Positions 1 through 9,233 of a stretch of DNA of 56,008 bases are shown here, one piece after another. Under the pieces are notes generated by a model that saw only the letters and a list, made by a program, of their open reading frames with translations, was not told where the DNA came from and searched no databases. How positions within the stretch are numbered: the first letter of the stretch is position 1; every line of letters starts with the position of its first letter. The stretch spans positions 1 to 56,008 of the forward strand of contig CANQHD010000002.1 in the NCBI GenBank assembly GCA_947623625.1, written 5' to 3'. The stretch comes from an uncultured Bacilli bacterium. GTDB taxonomy: Bacteria > Bacillota_I > Bacilli_A > RF39 > UBA660. The translations under genes and the position numbers were made by a program.

Positions 1-1
1 A

Positions 2-250
2 ATTCATAAATTTAAATTCAATAAAATTAATAAAACTAAATTTAGAGGTGCAGTAGAAAAAACTTTTGAAAAAAGAAAATTTAATGCAGATTTGATTGCA
101 AATTTAAATGTACTTAAAGGTAGTAAGATATTAAGGGATAAATGGACAAGCTATTCTAGAAAGAATAGTTATGCTAGAAATCTAGAATTTGATGAAACTA
201 TAAAATGCTTAGAAGAATTTATTGATATAATAGTACCAGTAGCTGTATAA
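2..250 (+). CDS. 3' end of a gene truncated by the window edge; C-terminus resembles AbiEii/AbiGii (DUF1814) nucleotidyltransferase toxins
   Basis: Frame 2 is open from the window edge to TAA at 248-250. The translation ...AVEKTFEKRKFNADL...DKWTSYSRKN...FDETIKCLEEFIDIIVP fits my recollection of the AbiEii C-terminal pattern (TFxxR...W..Y...f.e....l..f). Only 82 aa are visible. Confidence 0.35.
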   Translation: MHKFKFNKINKTKFRGAVEKTFEKRKFNADLIANLNVLKGSKILRDKWTSYSRKNSYARNLEFDETIKCLEEFIDIIVPVAV

Positions 251-322
251 AACAAAATATATTTTAGGTAGCATTTAAAAACGGGAACTTTCAAATTTAT
301 TTTTAGGATATTTGAAAAACAC

Positions 323-351
323 TTGCTACAAGGAGAAAAAGATGATAGAAT
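323..351 (+). promoter_or_regulatory. sigma-A type promoter for the tRNA gene
   Basis: TTGCTA (323-328), 17-nt spacer, TAGAAT (346-351), about 24 nt upstream of the tRNA 5' end. Confidence 0.5.
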
Positions 352-374
352 AAAATTGTTTTTAAAACAGTTTT

Positions 375-451
375 GGTCCGTTGGTGAAGTGGTTTAACAC
401 GCGCGCCTCTCAAGCTCGTATTCACGGGTTCAAACCCCGTACGGACTACCA
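375..451 (+). tRNA. tRNA-Glu, anticodon CUC, CCA encoded
   Basis: Manual cloverleaf. The acceptor stem is GGTCCGT/ACGGACT with G1-U72. The D loop carries GG. The anticodon loop is CTCTCAA (U33, CTC, A37). The T arm is ACGGG-TTCAAAC-CCCGT. Overall it is close to B. subtilis tRNA-Glu. The anticodon stem has one C:U mismatch. Confidence 0.85.
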
Positions 452-462
452 GAATGAACACA

Positions 463-487
463 ACTAGGCATATTGACCTAGTTTTTT
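463..487 (+). terminator. rho-independent terminator after the tRNA
   Basis: ACTAGG-CATATTGA-CCTAGT hairpin running into a T6 tract. Confidence 0.7.
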
Positions 488-503
488 AGTAGGAGAAGTA
501 AAA

Positions 504-2003
504 ATGAAATTAAAAGAAGTACTTATAAAAGAGGCAAAAGAAGATGTTTATGATTTATATTGTTCAATTGTCTATGATGTAAAAGATTATGATGATATAA
601 CACGAGGTAAAATGCTCGATTTGATTATAAAAGAATATCAACAAAAAGAATATTTGTATCATATCTGTACAACAAAAGAATTAGATTTTTTAAAATATTT
701 CCTCTCAAATTCTCTAAAGCCAAGTGATTTAAAAAAATATGATTGGGAAATAAACCAACTGAGTTCGAAAGGTATTTTTAGCATGGAGTATTCTTGTATT
801 TATGAAGAACAACTTCAAAATGTTCAAGATGCCATTCGTATTTATTCGTCTGAGAAAAAAATAAAACAAAATGAAGATCAGATGATTCTGTTTTTAATTG
901 GTTTTATAAAAACAAATGTGGATATGAATATCATTGCACTTTCTACACTTATTTCAAGTATGGCTAAAATAGATAAAGAACATATTAACTCATTTTTAGC
1001 TCATCCACTGATTCATTTTTACTGTGGTTTTTATGAAAATAATACCTTTTTAAAGGGAACAGAATTCATTTATTATCGAGCATATGAATATTTACTAGAT
1101 GACCTTTTTGAAGCAAGAAAAGAATATGGAATTGCAGGAAGCAGAAATATTGATATCACATCCTTTTTAGATATGTTTTATTATGGTTATCCTCTTCAAA
1201 ATAAAAAGGTAAAGAAAATGTATGATACAGTCAGTCAATTAAAAGGATCTGGTCTTTATTTTGAAATGATTACTCGAGCTAGAATTTTAAATGATCGACG
1301 AGACTTATCTCTTTTTATCGAGGATGATAAACTACTACAAATCATTGAGGATGCCCTTGATGAAATGCCTTGTGCTGCGATGAATGGATTTACTCCTAAA
1401 GAGTATCAAAAAGAAAAAAACAAAGATAATACTATCACGCAAAAATTTGACCTAATTCCTCAAAATAATGCGCATTTATCAAAAAATGCAGCAAACACGT
1501 TTTATAAGTTATATTTTGCGCTTTTAGAGTATACTAATAATCAGTACCATATTAATAAAAACATAAAGAAAATTTATAAACAAGAGGAAATCAATCCGAA
1601 TGAATTAATTGAAATCAATCAATATTTATGGGATCATAAAGAAGTTCTAGATGAATTTGTAAGTGAAAATCCATATCACTTTGATGAAGAAGAATTATCT
1701 ATCATCAGTCAATTTAAAAGCGCAGTTACAGGAATGTTCGTCATTGTTGGATTTGAAAGAGAATATACAAAATTTTTACATGAAGATGGAAAAATATTTA
1801 TGGTAAAAGGAGTTCGTTGTGATATCGATCAAATTATTGATTCAGATTCCATTCCAATAGTTGTTGAAACAACGCTTTTAATGTTTAAAGATAAAATTGT
1901 TTATAATAGTTTTTTCGCTCAAGTTGATATTTCTTTGGGAGCTGATTTTAAAGAACAAGTGCTACTTGATATGAATAAAGCAATGACTTATTACCATTTG
2001 TAA
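504..2003 (+). CDS. hypothetical protein, 499 aa, no motif recognised
   Basis: Long ORF with SD AGGAGAAG 8 nt upstream of the ATG. I could not see a Walker, nuclease, TM or signal motif. Confidence 0.6.
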   Translation: MKLKEVLIKEAKEDVYDLYCSIVYDVKDYDDITRGKMLDLIIKEYQQKEYLYHICTTKELDFLKYFLSNSLKPSDLKKYDWEINQLSSKGIFSMEYSCIYEEQLQNVQDAIRIYSSEKKIKQNEDQMILFLIGFIKTNVDMNIIALSTLISSMAKIDKEHINSFLAHPLIHFYCGFYENNTFLKGTEFIYYRAYEYLLDDLFEARKEYGIAGSRNIDITSFLDMFYYGYPLQNKKVKKMYDTVSQLKGSGLYFEMITRARILNDRRDLSLFIEDDKLLQIIEDALDEMPCAAMNGFTPKEYQKEKNKDNTITQKFDLIPQNNAHLSKNAANTFYKLYFALLEYTNNQYHINKNIKKIYKQEEINPNELIEINQYLWDHKEVLDEFVSENPYHFDEEELSIISQFKSAVTGMFVIVGFEREYTKFLHEDGKIFMVKGVRCDIDQIIDSDSIPIVVETTLLMFKDKIVYNSFFAQVDISLGADFKEQVLLDMNKAMTYYHL

Positions 2004-2068
2004 AATAGAGGATATTTACAAATGAATTCAGATATATTATAATAAACAGTTAAGAAAAGAGGTGGAAT

Positions 2069-2830
2069 ATGTTAATATTACCGTTATCTATCCATTCTGA
2101 GACAGTTCATTTGAATGTCACTTTTGATAAAGCTAAATTAAACGTAGAAGAAAACTATCTTCTTTCAATGAATAAAGTCAATTATATGGGTGATTTTCAA
2201 GTCAATCATGAACGCTTTTTTGGACCAGATTTAATAGCTCGAGAAAGAGAAGTTTTAGAAAAACAACTAAAGCTTTATCCAGAAAGACTAACAGATTTTG
2301 TTCGCAATTACATGCAAAACTTAAATGATTCTATCTTTGTTATTTCAAGAAATTATCAAGAAAAAGATTTTTGTACAAAATATAGAGTTCCATCTCCTCC
2401 TAAAAAAGGTAATATTTCTCTTGATAAGATTTATGGAAAAATTCTCAATGATTTAAGATTGAATGTTAGAACAAAAAAAGAAGATAGCATTTTATCTTTC
2501 GAAGAAATTCAGCTGGATAAAATGCTCCAACAAGAGCCTAAAAAAGCCTTACAAGATGGCGTTGACTTTTTAGAATACTTTCAAGAACTTCAGTTTGATA
2601 CATTAGATAAAGACGAAGAGAAAAGAGTTCAAGAAGAGATGAAGAAGCGTCCTAAAAAATTTGTAGAGACTTATCAGAAAACGGCTTCTAAAAATAGTGA
2701 AATTTATGAACAAATCAAAAAACTATATGAGTGTATTTATGAGATAAAACCTGATTGGCCAAATCTGGATGAAAAACAGAAAGTCTACATTAAATCCAAT
2801 TCAGAGAAAAGTGATAAAAAGGTCGCTTAA
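2069..2830 (+). CDS. hypothetical protein, 253 aa, K/E-rich
   Basis: ORF with SD AAGAGGTGG. Its TAA stop overlaps the next ATG (TAATG), which suggests translational coupling to tcdA. Confidence 0.55.
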   Translation: MLILPLSIHSETVHLNVTFDKAKLNVEENYLLSMNKVNYMGDFQVNHERFFGPDLIAREREVLEKQLKLYPERLTDFVRNYMQNLNDSIFVISRNYQEKDFCTKYRVPSPPKKGNISLDKIYGKILNDLRLNVRTKKEDSILSFEEIQLDKMLQQEPKKALQDGVDFLEYFQELQFDTLDKDEEKRVQEEMKKRPKKFVETYQKTASKNSEIYEQIKKLYECIYEIKPDWPNLDEKQKVYIKSNSEKSDKKVA

Positions 2831-3528
2831 TGAACGAAAGATTGGATTTACTTTATGGAGAAGATAGTTTTTCTTATCTGTCTTCAAAAACCGTGTTAGT
2901 TGTTGGCTTAGGTGGAGTAGGTGGATATGCAGTTGAAGCTCTTGTAAGATGTGGAATCTCCAAACTTATATTGGTGGATTATGATTGTGTTACTGAATCG
3001 AATTTAAATCGACAACTAATAGCACTTTCTGATACTCTTGGTAAGGCGAAAACAACGTGCTTCAAAACAAGAATTCAACTGATTAATCCAAATTGTTGTG
3101 TGGATGAAAAGAAGATAAAAGTAGGCTTAGAAAATGTTTTAGAACTCTTCGATCAGGAAATTTCATTTGTTTTAGATGCTTGTGACGATAAAGAGGCTAA
3201 ATTAGCGCTTTCTAAAATATGTCAAGAAAAAAATATTCCCTATATAATGGCATTAGGAGCAGGAAAGAGAAGGAATTTAAAAGAAGTCCAAATTACAACG
3301 CTTGATAAAACGAAAGAAGATCCTCTAGCAAGAAAAATGAGGCATCTTTATCGAAAACAAAATCTTTCTTTGAATATTCCTGTTGTTTGCTCTAAAGAAG
3401 TGCCTCAAAAGTCTCTAGAACCTAGTCCTGTTGCCTCTTCGATTTTTGTTCCTGCAACTTGTGGGCTTCTAGCAGCTCAATATATCATTGAATATTTTTT
3501 AAGTCAAAAAGAAAAGGATGTCCTTTAA
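2830..3528 (+). CDS. tcdA: tRNA threonylcarbamoyladenosine dehydratase (ThiF/MoeB E1-like fold)
   Basis: LYGEDSF..L....VLVVGLGGVGGYAVEALVRCGI..L.LVDYD.V..SNLNRQ is collinear with E. coli TcdA/CsdL, and the size matches. Confidence 0.8.
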   Translation: MNERLDLLYGEDSFSYLSSKTVLVVGLGGVGGYAVEALVRCGISKLILVDYDCVTESNLNRQLIALSDTLGKAKTTCFKTRIQLINPNCCVDEKKIKVGLENVLELFDQEISFVLDACDDKEAKLALSKICQEKNIPYIMALGAGKRRNLKEVQITTLDKTKEDPLARKMRHLYRKQNLSLNIPVVCSKEVPQKSLEPSPVASSIFVPATCGLLAAQYIIEYFLSQKEKDVL

Positions 3529-3534
3529 GGCTCC

Positions 3535-4155
3535 TTATTTTATTTTCCGATATAGACCGATAACTTTTCCTAAAATAGTCACATCTTTTAAAATAATTGG
3601 GTCCATTGTATCATTTTCTGGCTGAAGTCTAAAATGTCCATCTTCTTTATAAAAGGTTTTTACTGTTGCTTCATTTTCTTCCGTCATTGCAACAACTATT
3701 TCTCCATTCTTAGCTGTTTTATCTCTTTCAACAATTAAAATATCCCCATCGTAAATTCCAACATTTATCATCGATTCCCCACTTACTTTTAAGGTAAAAA
3801 TATCCTTTTTTGAAGAAGCAACGGACGCAGGTAAAGAGAAAAATTCATCAGGTGTTTCGATAGCTTCAATAGGTGTTCCTGCAGTCACCTTTCCAAGAAG
3901 GGGAACATTAATAACGCTCTCATCTTTTTCGATAAATTCATTGGGTACAAGAAGTTGTATAGTTCGGTTGGTTCCAGCATTTTTTTGAATATAGCCCTTT
4001 CGCTCCAATTCTTTTAAATGAAAATGGATGGTGGCAGGGGAATTTAAAGCAGCAACCTTTCCAATTTCACGAACAGTTGGGGCATAACCTTTTTTTGCAA
4101 TCAGTTTTTTAATAATTTGTAAAATATCTTTTTGTCTTTCTGTTAATTTTTCCAT
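3535..4155 (-). CDS. lexA: LexA repressor
   Basis: N-terminal wHTH (LTERQKDIL...GYAPTVREIG), the PLLGKVTAG cleavage region, and the S24 peptidase motif SGESM...K. The start is set at MEKL (ATG 4153-4155) behind GGAGGAG, not at the upstream ORF-track start. Confidence 0.9.
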   Translation of the reverse strand: MEKLTERQKDILQIIKKLIAKKGYAPTVREIGKVAALNSPATIHFHLKELERKGYIQKNAGTNRTIQLLVPNEFIEKDESVINVPLLGKVTAGTPIEAIETPDEFFSLPASVASSKKDIFTLKVSGESMINVGIYDGDILIVERDKTAKNGEIVVAMTEENEATVKTFYKEDGHFRLQPENDTMDPIILKDVTILGKVIGLYRKIK

Positions 4156-4180
4156 GGATTCTCCTCCTTCAATTATTTTC

Positions 4181-4210
4181 ATCATAGCACGAACAAATGT
4201 CATCTGTCAA
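4181..4210 (-). promoter_or_regulatory. lexA promoter with a candidate SOS (Cheo) box in the spacer
   Basis: On the minus strand: TTGACA (4205-4210), 18-nt spacer, TATGAT (4181-4186). The spacer contains CGAACAAATGTCAT (4190-4203 on the plus strand), which matches CGAAC-N4-GT of the Gram-positive LexA box CGAACNNNNGTTCG. The right half is degenerate. Confidence 0.5.
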
Positions 4211-4304
4211 ACAATTGTTTTAAAATAAAGTAATCTTTGTTGAATCGTGCACGTCAAAATAAGAAAAACCGTGTTATAATAGAAAAAAGAAAGAAGGTCA
4301 TTAA

Positions 4305-6926
4305 ATGAAAAAAGTCATTTTAGTAGATGGAAATAATCTTTTATTCCGAAGTTATTATGCAACAAGCTATAGTGGGGTCATTATGAAAAATTCAAAAGGA
4401 TTTCCAACGAATGCACTCTATGGATTTGTAACAACAATCAACAAAATTATTCAAGAAGAAAATCCTTCCTACATCTTAGTTGCTTTTGATAAAGGGAAAA
4501 CATTTCGACATCTTGAATATGATGCTTATAAAGCTGGTAGAAAAGAAGTGCCTGATGAGCTTCGTCTACAACTTCCAAAAGCAAGAGACTTTTTAGATGC
4601 AATGGGAATTCAGCACTTCGAAATTGACAATTATGAAGCAGATGATATTATCGGTACGCTTTCAAAAATCGTGAATCAAGAAGAGGACTTTACAGCAACG
4701 ATCATTAGTAGTGATAAAGATCTGTTACAATTAATTACCGATCAAGTAGAAGTAAAACTATTAAAGAAAAATGACTTTATTCGAATGACGAAAGAAGAAT
4801 TTTTTAAAACTTATGGTTTTGCCCCCATTCATATGATTGATTTAAAAGCCTTGATGGGTGACTCTTCTGATAATATTCCAGGTGTTAAAGGAATTGGGGA
4901 GAAAACAGCAATCACTTTATTAAACAAGTATGAAAGCTTAGATAACCTTTATGCTCACTTAGATGAGATAAAAGGCAAAACAAAAGAAAAGCTTGAACTC
5001 GATCAGAAAAATGCTTATATGAGTTATCATCTTGCAACCATCTATCAAGATGTTGAGATTCCATTTTCACTAGAAGAGTTAAAATATCAAGGAGTGGATC
5101 AAGAAAAATATATTGATCTTTTAAAGGAATTTGAATTTTCATCTCTTCTAAAAAAAATAAATGTGCCTCCTTTAGAAAAAGAAGTGGAAAGCTTGAGTAA
5201 AACACATCAAGAAACCCTTGAATTTTCCTCTTTTAATGGAGAAGAGCCCTTTGCATTCTATATTGAATTAGATGGACTGGATTATAATAAAAATAAAATA
5301 ATTGGAATGGCTATTTGTGATAAGAATCATACCTATTTTATTCCACCAGATGAGATTCAAAATTACAAAAGTATCTTCGAAAATGACACACTAAAGTACA
5401 CATATGACTTAAAGAAGAGCTTAATTGTCTTATCTCGCCTTGGAATTGAGATAAAAAATATTGTTTTTGATGCCATGATTGCTGCTTATTTGCTAGATTA
5501 TACCGTAAAAGATGACATCTCTTTTGTTGCAAAAAAGTTGGGATATATGATTCCACTTTTTGAAGAAAGCCATGGGACTGAGAAAAGACCTCGTCTAATA
5601 ACAGATGAGATGATAAAAGATGAATGTATTCAAAAAGCTTCTTTTATCTTGGATGTGAAAGACAAACTTTTAACAAAGCTTGAAGAAGAGGGCGAAAAAG
5701 AGCTTTTTTATGAGACTGAGATGCCTCTTGCTTTTATTCTTACAGATATGGAACAAACAGGAATTCGAGTAGATCGAGCTTATTTATCTCAACTGGAAGC
5801 TGAACTTAAAGATGAAATGAAGCGAAAAGAACAACAAATTTATGAAGAAGCAGGATGTACATTTAATATTATGTCTCCAAGACAATTAGGAAACATTTTG
5901 TTTGAAGTTTTAAATATTCCATATCCTCAAAAGAAAAAAGGGGAAGATAAAAGATATACTTATTCAACTTCAAAAGAAGTGCTTGATAAAGTCATTCATT
6001 ATCATCCAATCGTTGAAAAAATCCTAGAATATCGGATTGTTGCAAAACTCTACACAACTTATGCTATTGGACTTCAAGAAGAAATTTTAGAAGATGGAAA
6101 GATTCATACTGTCTTTAATCAAACGTTAACAAGAACAGGTCGGCTTTCATCTGTAAGACCTAATTTACAAAATATTCCGATTCGAACAGAACTTGGAAAA
6201 AGAATTCGAAAAGCTTTTATTCCTGAAGAAGATTCGCTTCTGTTATCCAGCGATTACTCTCAAGTTGAATTAAGAATGTTTGCTCATCTTGCGAATGCAG
6301 AAGGTATGATCAAAGCTTTTCAAGAAAATCAAGACATTCATGCAACGACAGCTGCGGATATTTTTCATGTTCCACTATCTGAAGTTACAAAAGAGATGCG
6401 AAGAACAGCAAAAGCAGTGAACTTTGGTATCATCTATGGAATTAGTAGTTATGGTCTTGCAGAAGACTTAAAAATAGCCGTCTCTAGTGCGAAAAAGTTT
6501 ATTGAAACTTATTGGGAAACATATCCAGGTATTAAAGAATATATGGAAAAAGAAAAAGAAGAAGCGTATAAAAATGGCTATGCTAAAACAATTATGAATC
6601 GCAAAAGAATCATTGAAGAGCTAGAGAACAAAAGTTATACAATTCGAAGTGCTGGTGAGCGTATTGCTCTTAATACGCCGATTCAAGGAAGTGCTGCGGA
6701 TATTTTAAAAAAAGCAATGGTTCAAATTTATCAAATTTTCAAAGAAAAAAATTTAAAGAGTAAAATGCTCATTCAAGTCCATGATGAATTGGTCTTCAAT
6801 GTTAAAAAAGAAGAGTTGGATGAAGTCATTCAAATCGTCAAAGATGTAATGGAAAACGTTGTATCTCTTCGCGTTCCGTTAGTTGTTGATATTGCAACTG
6901 GAAACGATTGGTATGAAGCAAAGTAG
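4305..6926 (+). CDS. polA: DNA polymerase I
   Basis: 873 aa with a 5' nuclease N-terminus (LVDGNNLLFRSYYA), and polymerase motifs DYSQVELR and QVHDELVF. Confidence 0.95.
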   Translation: MKKVILVDGNNLLFRSYYATSYSGVIMKNSKGFPTNALYGFVTTINKIIQEENPSYILVAFDKGKTFRHLEYDAYKAGRKEVPDELRLQLPKARDFLDAMGIQHFEIDNYEADDIIGTLSKIVNQEEDFTATIISSDKDLLQLITDQVEVKLLKKNDFIRMTKEEFFKTYGFAPIHMIDLKALMGDSSDNIPGVKGIGEKTAITLLNKYESLDNLYAHLDEIKGKTKEKLELDQKNAYMSYHLATIYQDVEIPFSLEELKYQGVDQEKYIDLLKEFEFSSLLKKINVPPLEKEVESLSKTHQETLEFSSFNGEEPFAFYIELDGLDYNKNKIIGMAICDKNHTYFIPPDEIQNYKSIFENDTLKYTYDLKKSLIVLSRLGIEIKNIVFDAMIAAYLLDYTVKDDISFVAKKLGYMIPLFEESHGTEKRPRLITDEMIKDECIQKASFILDVKDKLLTKLEEEGEKELFYETEMPLAFILTDMEQTGIRVDRAYLSQLEAELKDEMKRKEQQIYEEAGCTFNIMSPRQLGNILFEVLNIPYPQKKKGEDKRYTYSTSKEVLDKVIHYHPIVEKILEYRIVAKLYTTYAIGLQEEILEDGKIHTVFNQTLTRTGRLSSVRPNLQNIPIRTELGKRIRKAFIPEEDSLLLSSDYSQVELRMFAHLANAEGMIKAFQENQDIHATTAADIFHVPLSEVTKEMRRTAKAVNFGIIYGISSYGLAEDLKIAVSSAKKFIETYWETYPGIKEYMEKEKEEAYKNGYAKTIMNRKRIIEELENKSYTIRSAGERIALNTPIQGSAADILKKAMVQIYQIFKEKNLKSKMLIQVHDELVFNVKKEELDEVIQIVKDVMENVVSLRVPLVVDIATGNDWYEAK

Positions 6927-6935
6927 GTGATATAA

Positions 6936-7760
6936 ATGCCAGAAAAACCAGAAGTAATCACAGTCTCAAAGTCTCTTGAGAAAAGACTTTTAGGCAGATC
7001 TTTTATCAAGTGCCGGGTCTTTCATGAAAATATCATTCAAAACTATCCCATCCATCCATTTGAAAAAGATGTGTGTCATCAAAAAATTAAAAAAATTACA
7101 ACTCGAGGAAAATGGATTATCATTCAAATGGAAAGACAAAGTTTACTCATTCATTTAAGAATGGAGGGAAAGTTCTTTTTCCGTGATAATAATATTCCAA
7201 AAAATATTCATGAACACGTCATTTTCTTACTCGATGATGGGAAGATGACTTTCCGCTTTCATGATGTTCGAAAATTTGGGAAAATGACCCTTCTTCCTAA
7301 TGAAGATTTAGAAAATCAATCTCCTTTAAATGCCTTGGGGTATGAATATAATGATCCGGATCTTACAAAAGAATATTTAAAAGAAAAATTAGTGCGAAAG
7401 CGTCTTCCTATTAAAGTTGCTTTACTAGATCAATCTATCATCGCAGGTATTGGAAATATTTATGACGATGAGATCTTATTTCAATCTCATATCTGTCCTT
7501 ATCGAGCGGCGTCATCTATTTCTTTAAAGGAGTGTGATACCTTGATAAAAAATACCCAACTAATTTTATCTCAGGCGATTTTAAAAGGTGGAACGACAAT
7601 AAAAAGTTTTACTTCTGAAGAAGGAGTCCATGGTCTTTTTCAAAATGAACTAAAAGTTCATGGGAAAGAGGGAAGTCGTTGTCCGAATTGTGGAGGTGTG
7701 ATTCAAAAAGATTTTATTCGGGGTAGGGGAACTTATTACTGTTCAAACTGTCAGAAATAA
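6936..7760 (+). CDS. mutM: formamidopyrimidine-DNA glycosylase
   Basis: N-terminal MPEKPEV (Pro2/Glu3) and a C-terminal zinc finger CPNCGG...YYCSNCQ. Confidence 0.9.
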   Translation: MPEKPEVITVSKSLEKRLLGRSFIKCRVFHENIIQNYPIHPFEKDVCHQKIKKITTRGKWIIIQMERQSLLIHLRMEGKFFFRDNNIPKNIHEHVIFLLDDGKMTFRFHDVRKFGKMTLLPNEDLENQSPLNALGYEYNDPDLTKEYLKEKLVRKRLPIKVALLDQSIIAGIGNIYDDEILFQSHICPYRAASSISLKECDTLIKNTQLILSQAILKGGTTIKSFTSEEGVHGLFQNELKVHGKEGSRCPNCGGVIQKDFIRGRGTYYCSNCQK

Positions 7761-7763
7761 ATC

Positions 7764-7792
7764 TTTACAAACGAGACAATTTTTTGTATAAT
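7764..7792 (+). promoter_or_regulatory. pyk promoter
   Basis: TTTACA, 17 nt, TATAAT with TG immediately upstream. Confidence 0.5.
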
Positions 7793-7815
7793 AAATTCTG
7801 TTTGCGAGGAGTGAT

Positions 7816-9228
7816 ATGATGAAGAAAACAAAAATTATTTGTAGTATAGGACCTTCTTCTAATGATGTGGATGTAATGGAGCAAATGGTATTAAAAGGAA
7901 TGAATGTTGCTCGTATTAATTTTTCACATGCTACATTAGAAGAGAGAGAAAAAGCATTAAATTCTGTAAGAGAAGTTCGAAAAAGAACCAATATCCCTGT
8001 TGCGATTTTATGGGATACAAAAGGACCGGAATTTCGTACAGGTATGATGGAAAATGATAAAATTGAACTCGTGGAAGGAGAAACAGTTCGCATTGTTAAA
8101 GAAAGTGTTTTGGGAACCAACGCGGCTTTCTCAGTAAATCATCCTGAAGCATTAGATTCAATTGAAGTTGGAAATACTATTCTGCTTGAAAATGCAAAGA
8201 TGAAACTTGAAGTTATTTTAAAAGATGATGACGGAATTACATGTGCTATTAAAATAGGTGGTGTTCTTGGAAATCGAAAAAGTATCAGTGTTCCAGGCGT
8301 AGAGTTATCCATTCCATATATTAGTGATGCAGATCGTGAAGATATCATTTATGCTTGCGAAAATGGCGGAGAATTTTTAGCAATTTCTTTTGTCTCATCT
8401 AAAGATGATGTTTTGGAAATCAAGGAATTGCTTAAAGAACATAATCGTGAAGACTTACAAATTATTTGTAAAATTGAGAGTCAGTTAGGAATTGATAACT
8501 TAAAAGAAATTCTTGAAGTATCTGATGGTGTGATGGTTGCAAGAGGAGATCTTGGAACAGAAATTCAAAGTGAACGCTTACCGATTATCCAAAAAGATAT
8601 GATTAGAACTTGTAGAAAGATGGGTAAAATTTGTATTGTTGCAACAGAGATGCTTGAGACAATGATGGAGAATTACCGTCCAAAAAGAGCAGAAACAAGC
8701 GATATTGCTAATGCTGTTTTAGATGGAACAGATGCTGTTATGTTATCAGGAGAGACAACTGTTGGAAAGCATCCAATTGAAACTGTAGATGCCATGGCAC
8801 GTATTTGTGAAGTCACTGAAGAATATGCCCAATTTGATTACATAAGAAAACAACATCATTTAGATAAAATATCTGAAGCGATTGCAACGAATGTTGTTGT
8901 TAGTGCAAATCTTTTGAGTGCGAAGTTAATCTGTGCTGCAACCATTAGTGGAAATACTGCAAGAAGAATCAGTAATTTAAAACCCAAAGCACCCATTCTT
9001 GCCTTATCACCATCTGCAAAAGTATCAAGACAGCTTGCTCTAAATTGGGGCGTATATGCAATGGAGTTACCTGTTTTAAACTCAACAGATGAAGTCTTAA
9101 TGGAAAGCGTTAAAAAAGCAAAACAATTTATGAACTTAGAGACAAAAGATTTAGTTATTCTAACAGGTGGATTTCCAACAAATGGAGAAAAAAGCATTAC
9201 AAATTTAATGAAAATTGAAGAAATTTAG
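7816..9228 (+). CDS. pyk: pyruvate kinase
   Basis: KIICSIGPSS...MNVARINFSHA...DTKGPEFRTG...MVARGDLG. Confidence 0.95.
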   Translation: MMKKTKIICSIGPSSNDVDVMEQMVLKGMNVARINFSHATLEEREKALNSVREVRKRTNIPVAILWDTKGPEFRTGMMENDKIELVEGETVRIVKESVLGTNAAFSVNHPEALDSIEVGNTILLENAKMKLEVILKDDDGITCAIKIGGVLGNRKSISVPGVELSIPYISDADREDIIYACENGGEFLAISFVSSKDDVLEIKELLKEHNREDLQIICKIESQLGIDNLKEILEVSDGVMVARGDLGTEIQSERLPIIQKDMIRTCRKMGKICIVATEMLETMMENYRPKRAETSDIANAVLDGTDAVMLSGETTVGKHPIETVDAMARICEVTEEYAQFDYIRKQHHLDKISEAIATNVVVSANLLSAKLICAATISGNTARRISNLKPKAPILALSPSAKVSRQLALNWGVYAMELPVLNSTDEVLMESVKKAKQFMNLETKDLVILTGGFPTNGEKSITNLMKIEEI

Positions 9229-9233
9229 TAATG

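Noticed and set aside
2830-3528. ThiF/E1-like enzyme next to unknown ORFs as a possible ubiquitin-like or CBASS-type defence component
   Set aside because: The sequence is collinear with housekeeping TcdA/CsdL (ct6A dehydratase) and has the right size. There is no E2, JAB or Ubl partner visible.
4912-5556. Antisense or out-of-frame ORFs from the six-frame track lying inside or overlapping polA, rpoC, rpoB, pyk, dnaB, the AbgT transporter, parB/MscS, mnmG, mnmE, yidC, dnaA, recF, gyrB and gyrA, or crossing oriC (for example 4912-5205, 12982-13365, 16881-17111, 32173-32499, 37088-37429, 46064-46327, 46441-46629, 47901-48146)
   Set aside because: These are shadow ORFs fully inside or overlapping strongly supported genes or oriC. 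They have low-complexity translations and no RBS.
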